Shown here piece by piece: positions 22,374 through 35,111 of a stretch of 64,000 nt of DNA (position 1 is its first letter; each line of letters begins with the position of its first letter). Both the position numbers and the translations under genes were made by a program. The DNA lies in contig NC_043001.1 in the NCBI RefSeq assembly GCF_006345805.1, positions 131,812,001 to 131,876,000 of the forward strand. Reading direction: 5' to 3'. The notes beneath the pieces are model-generated. The model did not search any database. It saw only the letters and a program-made list of their open reading frames with translations, and was not told where the DNA came from. The stretch comes from Octopus sinensis. Taxonomy: Eukaryota.

Positions 22374-25300
22374 ACACACACACACAAAATACTCAGCTAG
22401 GTTAATCCAGGTTAATGGTTTTTGATTTAGGTACAAGAACAGCAATTTTTAAGGAAGAGACTAGTCGATACCATCAACTCCTCTACTTTACTGGTACTTT
22501 ATTTTAGCGATCCCGAAAAGGATAAAAGGCAATGTTGACGTTGGGGCGATTTGAACTTAGAACGCAAATAGCTGGAAGAAATACTGCAAAGCATTTTGTC
22601 CGACTTTTCTGCCAACTCACGATGATTTCTTACATTGGCACAGGTATGGTGCAGAATTCGCTAAATCAAATACCGACTCAAGAGGGTTACACTTTGAATT
22701 TTTATTTGAAACAAATAATAATTGAAATACCCTTACAATATTTAATTTATTGCTATATCGGTTCTACCTGATGCTGATTACACCGATGAAGAATGTTAAT
22801 GATTGTAAGTAGGGGAAATTTTACAATGGTATAAATCGCAGTTCAGTAGGTGATACGTACAGTCAACTGATTAGCCTCCAGTGCGCTACTGGTATTTATT
22901 TTACCAACCCCTACTTCCGAATACGATGAAGTGTAAGTTGACATATCGTTTCTGAAAACTCAAAGACCCAGTCATCAAATAAACAAATAATAACTTTTTC
23001 ACATAGGTACGAGACCACAGATTTGTAAAATAAGATAAACGGTAGGAGTAGAATATAGCTGGCGGATTCAAACCCTCTGTTTCATAATATATATCCTTAA
23101 TAAGTATTTTTATGGGCATTCAAATAAAATACAAGACAATACCAACGGAAGTTGAAATATACAAGAAATGAAACTATATAATATATGGCATCCAGCTCTG
23201 TATTCCACCATTCCAAACAACTCGCCGCTCTTACTATGTATTTCAATATTAATATTTGTTATATTATAAAATATAATCATATTAATCGTTGACACTTGAA
23301 AGTCTAGCGATGAGATACTAAATATTCTTAAGTGACTAATAACTCTAGACAATCTGAGATAAATAATTTATGAAATATTCTTAATACAGAAACTGAATTA
23401 ACAGTATTTATTGTCTGCATTGATATATCCTTAATTAAAATTGTTCTCTACAGATGTCCGCAGACATAGAAGCATGCATAGATAAGACATAAATATGAAC
23501 AACGCTACATACATACAGCATACAGGCAACACATACATAAACCTGCAGGCATGGCTGTGTGATTAACAAGTTAACTTCGCAACCGAATAGTTCCAGGTTC
23601 GATTTCATTTGATTGTACCTTGATTTTACCATAGCCTCAAGTTGAGCATTGACTTGTGAGCAAAAATTGCACAGAAATATGTTATGTGTTGTGTGTATGT
23701 GTGTGTGCGTGAGAGAGAGAGAGTGTGAGTGTGTGTGTGTACTGAATTAAGACAGTGTGAGGTCATGTTCCGGTTTCAGACACTGCATTGGAGAACATCG
23801 TCTTTTAAAAGAGATAATGAATTATGCCTATCTGATGGTTGACAATAAACAAAAAGAATGTTGAGGAGTGTTCTGGAGTTGAGTCGGCAAGGTTATGTGG
23901 AGAGAAAGCTGGGTGTGCTACAAAAAAATAATAAGTACATGAGGAATTTAGGGCAATGCTCATTGGTGGCAATAGAAGAGGTAGCGTACGTTTGCAAAAT
24001 TGAGGTCTTGAAAAGAAGTATCTTTGGCGACAATGAAATCAGGATATGAAGAGAAGGAGCAGAACCGTCAATAAGTTGGAAAAAGAGAAAGGACTTTTGA
24101 AAGAACTCATCAGGTGCTGAAAGACGCGTTAGACGCGCGTTTGAAGTCTACTAATTTGGATTAGAACCAAGAAGAGCCGTTTAGTTAGCTGTAAAATAAT
24201 ACTTGTCTACTCTAACGTTGGAATATCAGTGTTAAAATTATCTAGCTTTGCAAAATACATTATCTAACAAATACTATATTCTGCTATCAAATAGAGATTT
24301 ATAAACCAGCATCGTATGTATCCATGAATGTAAACAACTAGTCTGTATACGCAATTCTATTGTGTCTAAGGAGAGTCATTTTATTTTTGTGCCTTATTAT
24401 TGGAAAGGTTGCAAGCCGCAACGAAAATTTTAGGAAAATAAAAATAAGAAAAAAGTGGAAATTTTACCGGTAAGTGTGTTACATAATAAGGCACAAAAAG
24501 AAAATGACTCTCCTCAGATACAATAGAATATGCTTCAACACACGAACTCATATAAAGAATCTTCCAAACCAAATTCAAAAACGAAATATGTATATACAAT
24601 ATTTTCATGGTCAGAAATGCCAGGAACAGTCGTACCATTTTCAGTAAGAAAAAAATTCAGTCCTTGAATTGTGATTGGTTTATGTCCATCGATATATTTA
24701 ATGGTTGACTAAAGAAAATCTGGCGTATTCGGCAATACAGGATAGCAGTGAAACAAAACACTTAAAGAACCAATAATTTAATACCAAATATTAATACCAA
24801 ATATTAATACCAAATACCAAATACCTGATGTAGGAATCTGTAAATTTGCAGAATCTTCCAATCTACACTGACAATGAACAATAGCTAGGAAGGAAACAGT
24901 AATAAACATAAAACAAAATTTAAATACAAGCATCTATGAAAATTTAGAAGGTAAGTTAAAAAAAAAAAAAAGAAATGCTCATCAGACTTTTTATTTATTC
25001 CACTCTTTGACCATTTTGCTGGAAGCATTTTGATGTTACAAAACAAAGTTTAGAAAATTACATAAAAAATACAAACGATGCAGAAGGATATACAAACGCA
25101 TACACAGTCAGACATGGCATCACATGAGATTGTACATATATACAAACACATATACATATACATAAATATTTAGCAAACACATACACACCACACCGTATAT
25201 CTTACACATACAATAAACATAATATTTACACATATTACATAGACATATGCACACATGCATGCGCACATACACAGCTCAGACCACATACACACGTATATAT

Positions 25301-25913
25301 CTAAATTGCACATATGTACGCATGTGTGCACACACATGCACATTAGTTTCAGTACTCACTGCACATTTAATGCATATAAATCCCACGCATATACATACAC
25401 ACATACATGTATATACTTGCACAAACATATATGCGTATGTATGAGTTCGTGTCTGTTAGTATACAAATAAGTTTACACAGTCAAGTATTCTTACATGCAC
25501 ACAGCTGGTACATCAGATACATAGACATTCAAAGAGACACCCTCACACATATTTATACATACACACACACATACACCCAAATACACACACACACATGTAT
25601 GCATAAGAGTGTTCTTCTTGCGATATATTCACGTTTTCAAATGTCTGTTAAAAAAAAAAATATTGGAAATAACAATTATGGTTACTCTGTCAAAATGAAA
25701 TTATGTAGAAGAAATTTTTACAATAATATAGCAGTGTAATTGCCTGAAGAATAGATGATGATGATGATGATGGTGATGATGACGATGATGATTTATTCAA
25801 TGATAATAATGATGAAGAAAGTACAGTAACCGTAAATAATTTTAAAATTTGAATAATTGTATTATCATTATAAAATTCAATATTGCTACTACTACTACTA
25901 CTACTACTACTAC

Positions 25914-25983
<70 letters not shown>

Positions 25984-26009
25984 AATAATAATAATAATAA
26001 TAAAAATAA

Positions 26010-26040
<31 letters not shown>

Positions 26041-26082
26041 ATAATAATAATAATATAATAATAATAATAACAACAATAACAG

Positions 26083-26170
<88 letters not shown>

Positions 26171-26398
26171 CCTTTCTCCTGGAGGCACACGACCTCAAAT
26201 TTGTGGGGTGGGGACTAGTTGATTATATCGACCCCAGTGTTTCACTGGTACTTAATTTATCGACCCCGAAAGGATTAAAGGCAGAGTCGGCAGAATTTGA
26301 ACTCAGAACGTAGCGACGGGCGAAATACCGCTAAACATTTCGTCCAGCGTGATAAAGATTCTGCTAGCTCACCGCCTTAATAATTATAATAATTGTTA

Positions 26399-26836
26399 CT
26401 AGCGTGACCCGTGAATTTTTCACGGAATTAATAGTAAACCTATTGGGTTATTCCTGAAAACTTTATCCAAAAATCCTGAAAGTGTAGCCTGTGTTGTGTC
26501 TGTATCATCTGCTCATCTGCCATTCATTGAAAGGTGAAGGACCTTAGAATACGATGATTACCTAAAGCATTTTATTTATTTTATGCACAGTATCATAGAC
26601 TTAATACACAGCACTTGTAAAATAAATATTCACTCTTATTTTTCCATTTCCCCATAAACAGAAAAAAAATTACATTTTAATATTTACATGGTCACAATTT
26701 CATATCTAGAAAACAATACCCTTATAGTAAAAAAAACTTATTTTATATGTAAAATATAGGGGTCACAATTTCACGGAGGTAAAATTTAATGCAGCATGGA
26801 ATACTCTGAAAAACCACATCGTTGGTCGCTTATAGA

Positions 26837-26875
<39 letters not shown>

Positions 26876-26886
26876 AAGTAAAAGAA
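26399..26886 (-). mobile_element. Second non-autonomous Helitron family (3' end clear, 5' end approximate)
   Basis: Minus-strand 3' end: perfect hairpin CCGTGAA(AAA)TTCACGG, then GTCACG CTAG|T. Confidence 0.6.
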
Positions 26887-26912
26887 GCTCTAGTGACTAA
26901 TAATACACACAC

Positions 26913-26994
<82 letters not shown>

Positions 26995-28883
26995 AGAAAA
27001 TAAAGTGACAAAGGAGTAGACGATTATCTTATGTAGTTCATTAGCTTACAGTTCTTTCTGATGGTGGTGTGTTTACGTCCCCGTAACTTAGCGGTTCGGC
27101 AAAAAGAGACCGATAGAATAAGTACTAGGCTTACAAAGAATAAGTCCTGGGATCTTTTTGCTCGACTAAAGGCGATGTTCCAGCATGGCCACAGTCAAAT
27201 GACTGAAACAAGTAAAAGAGTATAGTGTTACTGTTTCCTGTTGTTGCTTTTGTCCTATGCGTGCTCCTGGTTTAGCCGTAGTCGGCGTTGTTGTTCTTGC
27301 TGTTGTGATAGTGTGGTAGTAGTGCGATTGAGTGTGTTGCTATTTGACGTATTATGTGCTGTTCCGCTGCAGCACGCGCGATTCATGTTGGAATGGCTTT
27401 TTTTGTTTCTAAATTTCTTCTGCATTCCAAAGGAGAACTCCTGCAACATGGTTTTTTTGTTCCATCCTCGTCGTAGCAAAATGTTTTGAAGAAAACTTAG
27501 GCAAGTGGAAGTTGTTCGTCTGTGCTACAAGATGCACTCAATTACGAGTTCACCGCATCTTGTAGCAGAAAGTAGTGAGTTCGATTCCTGAACCGGGCTG
27601 CGTGTTGTGCTCTTGAGCAAGACACTTTATTTCACGTTGCTCCAGTTAACTCAGCTGTAGAAACGAGTTGCGACATCACTGGTGCCAAGCTGTATCGGCC
27701 TTTACCTTTCCCTTTGATAACATCAGTGGCATGAAGAGGGGTGGCTGGTATGCATGGGCGACTGCTGGTCTTCCATAAACAACCTTACCCAGACTTGTAC
27801 ATCAGAGGGGAACTTTCTAGGTGCATCCCATGGTCATTCATGAGCGAAGGGGGTCTTTACCCGTTTAACCTGTTTCTAATATAAGCACACGACCAGAAAT
27901 TTGGCGCAAGAAACAGCTGTATATGTTGGCTCAAGTACTTGACTAATAGCGTTATTTTATCAACTCCAAAAAAATAAAAGGAAAAGTTATTGACTAGCCC
28001 CTTTCTGCAAAATTTCAGGTCTTATACCTATATCAGAGTAGAATATAAGTGTTATTATTATCATTATTTTATTTTTGTAAAATTTCAATAAATACAGGAA
28101 ATATGAAAATATTAAAATAAACACGACAAAGCAAAACAAACTAAAAATTTAAGATAGACAAATAGAAGCAAATATGATAAATATAAAAAGAAACGAAAAC
28201 AACACACAAAGACCAACAAAGTATTATTTATGGAAAAGAAGTAAAAAGGGGGAAAATAATAGATTTATGCAATAGAAGATGATAACCTGAAATATGTCTA
28301 ATACCTGATGTATGTATAAAACGAAATTAATGAAAAAGAAAACAATGAAAGAAACGTAAATATCATAACAAAAATATTGGAACAGCAGGATTCCACAGCT
28401 GAGTAGATATCTGTAAGATTAATATGATTAGCGGATCGTATCTGAAATAGAATAATCTCTTATGATGGATGGGAAGATATAAATCAATAGCTAAGAATAA
28501 GTAAAGATGTCACTTAAGGCATGATTAGTTGAGATTAACAGGTTAATTTGACATTTTCTATGGATTGCGAAAATATACAAATGTGTAATGGAGGGGAAAA
28601 AGAAAATTTAGGTCTATGTGCACATGCGTGTGTGTGAATGTGTGAATATATGTGTTTGTGTGTATGCATGGGTATTATATGTGTGTGCATGTTTGTATGT
28701 ATGTATTTGTATATATATATGCATATATGCATGTGCATATTTAAATACATACACATACACATATACACACACACACGTAGGTAGGTATACATACTAAGTG
28801 TATATGCATAAATGTATCATCATTTTACATCCATTTTCATACTTGGCAATATTTATGCAAGAATATATACATATATGTGCTTA

Positions 28884-28951
<68 letters not shown>

Positions 28952-29149
28952 AATCCATCTAACCATATATATATATATATATATATATATTTATTTATAA
29001 ATATAAGAGTGTATAAAATATTTTTATACACAAAGAGGAGACCATTGACAGGACTTCTTACATGCTAAAAAAGCCAGTTAAAACCCAAACCACACAAAAG
29101 AGAATTCATGAGGCATGCTATTATAACACTAGAATGAACATGAAAATTA

Positions 29150-29809
29150 ATTAGTTAATCCTGAACTCGAGTCTCACTATTAAGTGCCATGTTTTGCAAA
29201 CAACTTGAACATGCGAGTGCTACCAGTCGAGAACTCCACATACCGGAAGCCAGCAAATGTATGGGGTCACAAGGAGAGAAGGTGCGCCATTTTGGAGCTT
29301 ACCTCTCAATGGCATCAGTGCGTACCAGCCCCTCCCCCCTCACTGATATGAGGCCTCACTCGCTAGATCAGCTGGTAATTAAATAAAGCTCAACATTCTT
29401 CCAGTCATTGCTCATCATCTCTTTTTAACAAAATCCAGTGGCTAGCCTTTTCCACTGTAGTTTGGATATCGGTCATGTTGGTATTTATTTTACAATGAGT
29501 TAGGCCTAACGATAACAACAATCATCTGACACTGTGTCCAACAAACCCTCTACATCCAACTTTTATTGGAAAAGTCTCTGCTTTCCAGCCTGCGTTTTCA
29601 CTTTCCTGTAGGAGGTTTACATAACGATCAATCTTTCAAGCCCGAGCGGCGTCCATATTATCTTCACGAGGAACCGTCAACTCGACTAGATTCACAACTT
29701 TCTTTCCTTCACATGACATGAAAATGTTTGGTTTTTTCATAACTGGGATGGGAAAGAGTCTCTGGCACCCTGGTAAATCTGCAGTCACTCCCAATAGCCA
29801 TTCCACTTT
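29150..29809 (-). mobile_element. 3' end of a HERO/NeSL-like non-LTR retrotransposon (restriction-like endonuclease plus 3' UTR)
   Basis: WLLGVTADL....FP...KKPNIF......VNLVELTVPREDNM.AA.A*K..RY..L......GWK...FPIKVGCRGFVG....ASHWILLKR (29809-29390). ELTVP and VGCRGF are typical of this endonuclease group. Confidence 0.75.
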
Positions 29810-30049
29810 TCATCGCTCACAAGAAGTTTGCTGTTCTTCTTCTTGAAACAGATCCGCTGTCCTGAGCACACGAAAGTAATGAAATCTCTAGTTGGTACTT
29901 TCAATGGTTTTTTTGCACTAGATTTGCAGGTGGTGGCAAAACATCATAGGATGAACGAATCAGAAAGCTTAGCTGAGATGTGGTCTACCTCAGTATCTCA
30001 TCTCAACTTATTTTCCTCTCAACAAAATGTTCAACAAAATGTGTGTCAT

Positions 30050-30740
30050 TAGCCAGCTGGAGGAAATGTTTTCCTGGGCTATAAACAGCAATAGTACTGT
30101 CTTGTATAGGATAGCACACTTAGTTGGCAAATATATGTTATAGTTCCGTGCTGCTAATGTTTATATCTCGCTCAGCTGGTGATTAACACATGCTGAGGAC
30201 GGGTAACCACCCAAAAACTTGAGTCCATGTGTATCACGTAAGGCTAGAGATGGGAGCAATGACCTCCCCTCACAAATACTAATCGGACACAGAATGTGTG
30301 TCGTTCCATCTGGGGAACATGTCTTCCTGGGGCTATAAACATCAGTAGCACTGTCCTGTATAGGATGCCAAACTTAATTGGCAAATATATGTTATGGTTC
30401 CATACTGCTACTGTTTAAATCTTACTCAGAGATATGACATTCTCTCCCTTCTACGAGATCAGTGACAGTGAGTCACTAGAAAATATATATAGTAATTTGC
30501 GAGCGGAATGAACTTCTATCAGTAGCTGGTTATTAACACACGCTGAGGACGGGTAACTACCCACAAACTCGAGTCCCTGTGTATTACATAGGGCTAGAGA
30601 TGGAGTGATGACCTCCCCTCGCAAATACTTATTGGACACAGAATGCGTGTCGTTAGCTAGCTGGAGGAGATGTCTTCCTGGGGCTATAAACATCAGTAGC
30701 ACTATCCTGTATGGGACGCCACACTTCATACGCAAATATA
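30050..30740 (+). repeat. Degenerate tandem repeat, about 250-bp unit, 2.5 copies
   Basis: CCTGG(G)GCTATAAAC..TAG.ACT occurs three times. GCTGAGGACGGGTAAC and GGACACAGAATG.GTGTCGTT occur twice. Confidence 0.85.
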
Positions 30741-31532
30741 TATATGTGTGTATTATGTGTGTGTGTGTGTGCGTGCGTGCGTGTGTGTATACACACACAT
30801 ACATATATACACACATACATGTATACACACATACGCACATATATATATTTCTTTACTACCCACAAGGGGCCAAACACAGAGGGGACAAACAAGGACAGAC
30901 AAAGAGATTAAGTCGATTACATCGACCCCAGTGCGTAACTGGTACTTAATATATCGACCCCGAAAGGATGAAAGGCAAAGTCGACCTCGGCGGAACTTGA
31001 ACTCGGAACGTAAGGACAGATGAAATATGGCTACGCATTTCGCCCGGTGTGCCAACGTTTCTGCCTGCTCGCATATATAGGTGGGGTTAAGTTAGAGGTC
31101 TAAGGGATAACTAGTATCCTATGAATCCACTGGTGTATTACCTATATTGGTATATTACCTATGAGCATTGGTGTTAATGCTCATAAATAATAGGTAATGA
31201 CAAAAGTAAACTGGAGTTTATCAATATTCAAAGGCAAACAGGAGATGGAAATACAATTAATTGATAACAATTGGTTTCCATCAATTATCATTTATTAATT
31301 AGTTACAAAAAGACAGAATCCCAACTTACAGCTTTTTCTTATAGCTTTGACTTCTTTTTCGTTTTACTTATATTTTATTTTTTCCTGCTCTGATGACATT
31401 TCATGACTCAATTTGTTATAACTAACTACCTACAATGGTAACTATCATTACCATCATTGTGGCTGCTAGAGCAAAAAACCATGACAACTGAATCATCTGT
31501 AAGTCGAGATTCTGTCTTTTTCATATATATAT

Positions 31533-31975
31533 GAAACCGCGGGATCAGAGTAACGGTTTGCGCGCTCGCTCGATAGAGCGGTGGTGCCAAGCTGCCTCTG
31601 AGCGATAACGGCTGAACGCCTCTAAGCCGGAACCGTAGCCGGACCCGAGTTGTTTTCCAAAAGCGTCTCAATCTCAAAGCGCATGCCTTAGCTCGGCGTT
31701 CGCCGTCCGCCCGTCGCGTTCGCTGTCCGCCCGTCGTGTTCGCGCGGCGAGCGGCAGAGTCGCCGGCGGAATTGCCATTCGGGGACGCGGCAGCAGCTGC
31801 GGCGTCCGCGCCGTCGTCGCCTGCTCGTCGTCCCGCCCCGACTAGTTCGAAGAGATCGAGACGAAAGGGATCGCTTGCATACGACCCGACTTGCCGTTCG
31901 GAGTGACATGCTTAGTAGAGCAGCTACCACACTGCGATCTATTGAGTCTCTTCTCGCGAACGACACGATCCGCGA
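31533..31975 (+). rRNA. Isolated 3'-terminal fragment of 28S (LSU) rRNA (pseudogene)
   Basis: Contains GGCTGAACGCCTCTAAG and TAGTAGAGCAGCTACCACACTGCGATCTATTGAG, both recalled conserved motifs near the 28S 3' end, separated by a GC-rich expansion segment. The flanks are AT-rich non-rDNA sequence. Confidence 0.85.
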
Positions 31976-32086
31976 TAGGACTACACAGCAGGAAATGTAT
32001 CAGGACATGAAATATAAAAGCCGGACTAGATTACTCTATGCGCAACTCCATTGTCTCCCGAGACAGAAAGGATGCCAACAACAATA

Positions 32087-32724
32087 TCTCTATTTATAAA
32101 ACTGAAATGCGAAAAGTTTGTTTGTTTGTTTGTCTGGAACGGTTTAAAGGCCACTAGATCCCGTCGGATTGACTCCAAAATTCACAGGGACATGTAAAAT
32201 GAGGTGAGGATGCCAGTGGGCTAGGTTAGAAATCCCTATCTTAAAAGGTGTCGTTGCTAGGGCCAAAAACGCACTTTGACGAGTCCACTCTCATTCTTTT
32301 ATGTATCTGTCTTTCTCCGTCACTCATTCTATTTCCTCCCTTCCCATCACTTTCTATATATAACGTCGATAACGGCTTCTAACTCCCCTTCACTTTCTCT
32401 TTATAACTTCGTCAAACGGTGTTCTATATCTCCCCCTCCTCCTCTCCGCCTTCCACACCGCTTTCACACACACTCTCTCTCTCTCTCTCTCTCTCTCTAC
32501 GTCTGTCTGCATTCATAGAGAGAATTATCATCGCCACCATAACCACACAATCGTCGATAACGGCGTCTAACTCCCCTTCACTTTCTCTTTATAACTTCAT
32601 CAAACGGCGTTCTATATCTCCACCTCTTCCTCCCCGCCTTCCACAGCGCTTTCACATTCTCCCTCTCTCTACGTCTGTCTGCATTCATAGAGAGAATTAT
32701 CATCGCCACAACCACCACACAATC
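32087..32724 (+). mobile_element. Probable Helitron 5' portion with an internal ~180-bp tandem duplication (32361-32551 / 32552-32724)
   Basis: A|TCTCTATTTATAAAACTG...GTTTGTTTGTTTGTCTG start resembles the 5' end of the other Helitrons here. No 3' CTAG or hairpin found. Confidence 0.4.
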
Positions 32725-33103
32725 ATGAGAACAAATTTTATGAATCAGATATTTATTGGGTTCATTTATATATGTGTGTGTGTGTGTGTGTGTGCGTGTG
32801 TTCTATATATAAATATGTATATATAATATATACAAAGTGTATATATCTGTATTTATGTATATTAAACTTTTTTATACTTTTTGATAGTTATATATATTTT
32901 TATAAAAATTATAAATTTTTATTTTAAATTTAAACAATTTAAATTTTTCAATTTTATATTTTATATATTTTGTATATTATATTTTTATTTTGATGTTTTT
33001 GTTTTTTGTTTTTCACTGTTTGATTTGCCTATTAGTGGTTTTATCTCTAATTTAATTTATACATATATATATATAATTTGTATACATTTGTATATATAAT
33101 GCG

Positions 33104-33141
<38 letters not shown>

Positions 33142-33461
33142 CATATATATAATGTGTGCATTATATGTTTGGTTGAGCTGAAAATATGTACACCTATGTT
33201 AAAATTGCTGGCAAGTTTGCATGACAACTATTTTTTTCCTCAAATGAAAGGCGTGACCTCTAGGACAAAATTCCTCATCTTATAAAATGTGGCCCCAGTA
33301 GACCCGAATGAAATCGGGTTATATTAACCACAATGTGAAAAGAGCTGGAAGGGGATTAAAATTTAAAGGAGCGGGTGTTTAGGAATTCTCTGTTACATCA
33401 AGCTAAAAAATTTGCGCCAGCCTTTTAATTGTCAATGTGTTGCCGTCCATGATGAAGAAGT

Positions 33462-33807
33462 TTTGATCCAATCAACGGAACAGCCTGCTCATGAAATTAA
33501 CGTGTAAGTGGCTGAGCACTCCACAGACACGTGTACCCTTAACGTAGTTCTCGGGGATATTCAGTGTGACACAGAGAGTGACAAGGCCGGCCCTTTGAAA
33601 TACAGGTACAACAGAAACAGGAAGTAAGAGTGAGAGAAAATTGTGGTGAAAGAGTACAGCAGGGATCACCACCATCCTCTGCCGGAGCCTCGTGGAGCTT
33701 TAGGTGTTTTCGCTCAATAAACACTCACAACGCCCGGTCTGGGAATCGAAACTGCGATCCTACGACCGCGAGTCCGCTGCCCTAACCACTGGGCCATTGC
33801 GCCTCCA
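33462..33807 (-). mobile_element. SINE family C
   Basis: High identity to 9316-9704. Confidence 0.9.
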
Positions 33808-34107
33808 TGGTAATGCACATACAGTATAAGATATTACAAGAAAAGGAGAAACCAAATTGTACAATGATGGGTGTCAAATGATGACTTGAGATTAGAAGGT
33901 GTGATGATGTTCTTTAAAGCAGACCCAGCTAAATCTTGAAAACAAGAATGACGCTAACAATGATGTCAACGATTGTGGTGATGATGATGGCGATGGTGAT
34001 GAGGATAATAATGAAGAGGATGATTATGGCAATGATAATGATGATGATGATGATGATGATGGCAACGATTTTGACAGTGATGACAATGATGATGATAGTG
34101 ATGATGG

Positions 34108-34142
<35 letters not shown>

Positions 34143-34413
34143 GGAGATATCTGAATTAGTCATGCCATTGTGAATCAAATCTACTTCATATCAGTTCTAT
34201 GATAATTTAGTGTTGCACCAAATACAACCAGATTCCTGCAGCAAATTAACCCTTTAAGAATAAATCAGCTGATGTAATCTATTACTCAATGAGTGGTGGG
34301 GTGGGGTGGAATGGGGTGGAGGGTGTGCAGCAGCTCAGAGATGGAAAAAAAATAAATGCAAAAGCAGCATTTTTCAGAAACTGAAAATACTCCAGATATG
34401 ACGATCTTCGTCT

Positions 34414-34450
34414 CTAGCATGGATGCCAAGAAAAGGGCAACCAGTACATT
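34414..34450 (-). CDS. Candidate terminal coding exon, phase-compatible with 34946-35111
   Basis: Acceptor AATTTTACAG|. A phase-2 join gives E-MYWLPFSWHPC*. Confidence 0.2.
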
Positions 34451-34945
34451 CTGTAAAATTATTGGTGAGAGGACTGATTCAACCCATGTCATCATGGAAA
34501 GTGAATGTAGAATAGTGACAGCGATACTGATGATGATGATGAAGAATAGGGTTCCAAATTGATTCTAGTGATTTTTGAGATTTTGTCATTGTGCTGTGTT
34601 GGTTCTCGATACAAAAGGAACAAATGACTGAGCAATAACCAGAATGAAAACTATGTAAAGTGATGATTGTTTTGTTAGTTTACAGTGATAAATACAAACT
34701 ATTCATATGCTGAGTCCAGCTTAGAGAGAGGTTAGACTGAATTTGATTGGCTAAGGAATATTATTATAAAAAAAGACAAAAACGTAAGTAATTGTATATG
34801 GGATTCAGCAGCAGCAGCAGCAATAGCAACAACAACAACAATTGAGATGCAAGTTACCAGCTAATGAAGAGCAGTTGTTGAAACATTAAATTAAATGTCG
34901 GACTGCATTTCAGTAGCATTGACACTTATAAAAAACTAAACTAAC

Positions 34946-35111
34946 TCATCTATGCTATCTGTTATCTGCAATTGTATGAGTTTATGGATGGTGTACATGC
35001 CATGACAAGAAACTGGATTAGAGTTAGTATAAGGATTATCAACTAGTTGGCATGGCAACTGATGCCGTTCATCAAATGTGAATACATTGACAGCTATGTC
35101 TTTTAATTCAT
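34946..35111 (-). CDS. Candidate internal coding exon of an unidentified minus-strand gene
   Basis: Long polypyrimidine acceptor TCTTCTTCTTTAG| and donor |GTTAGT. The 166-nt open frame (DELKDIAVNVFTFDERHQLPCQLVDNPYTNSNPVSCHGMYTIHKLIQLQITDSID) is non-repetitive. No homolog recognised. Confidence 0.35.

Noticed and set aside
24117-24145. CTGAAAGA-CGCGT(TAG)ACGCG hairpin resembling a hammerhead
   Set aside because: It is followed by CGTTT instead of GAAA, and stems I and III are missing.
28303-28441. Possible minus-strand exon encoding a hydrophobic segment (also 24825-24867)
   Set aside because: The open frame may simply reflect T-rich composition. No homolog or phase-linked neighbour was found.
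31426-32099. GC-rich Arg-rich ORFs suggesting a gene or CpG-island promoter
   Set aside because: They are explained by the 28S rRNA fragment.
34291-34325. G-quadruplex-like GGGGT repeats
   Set aside because: It is a short simple repeat with no supporting context.
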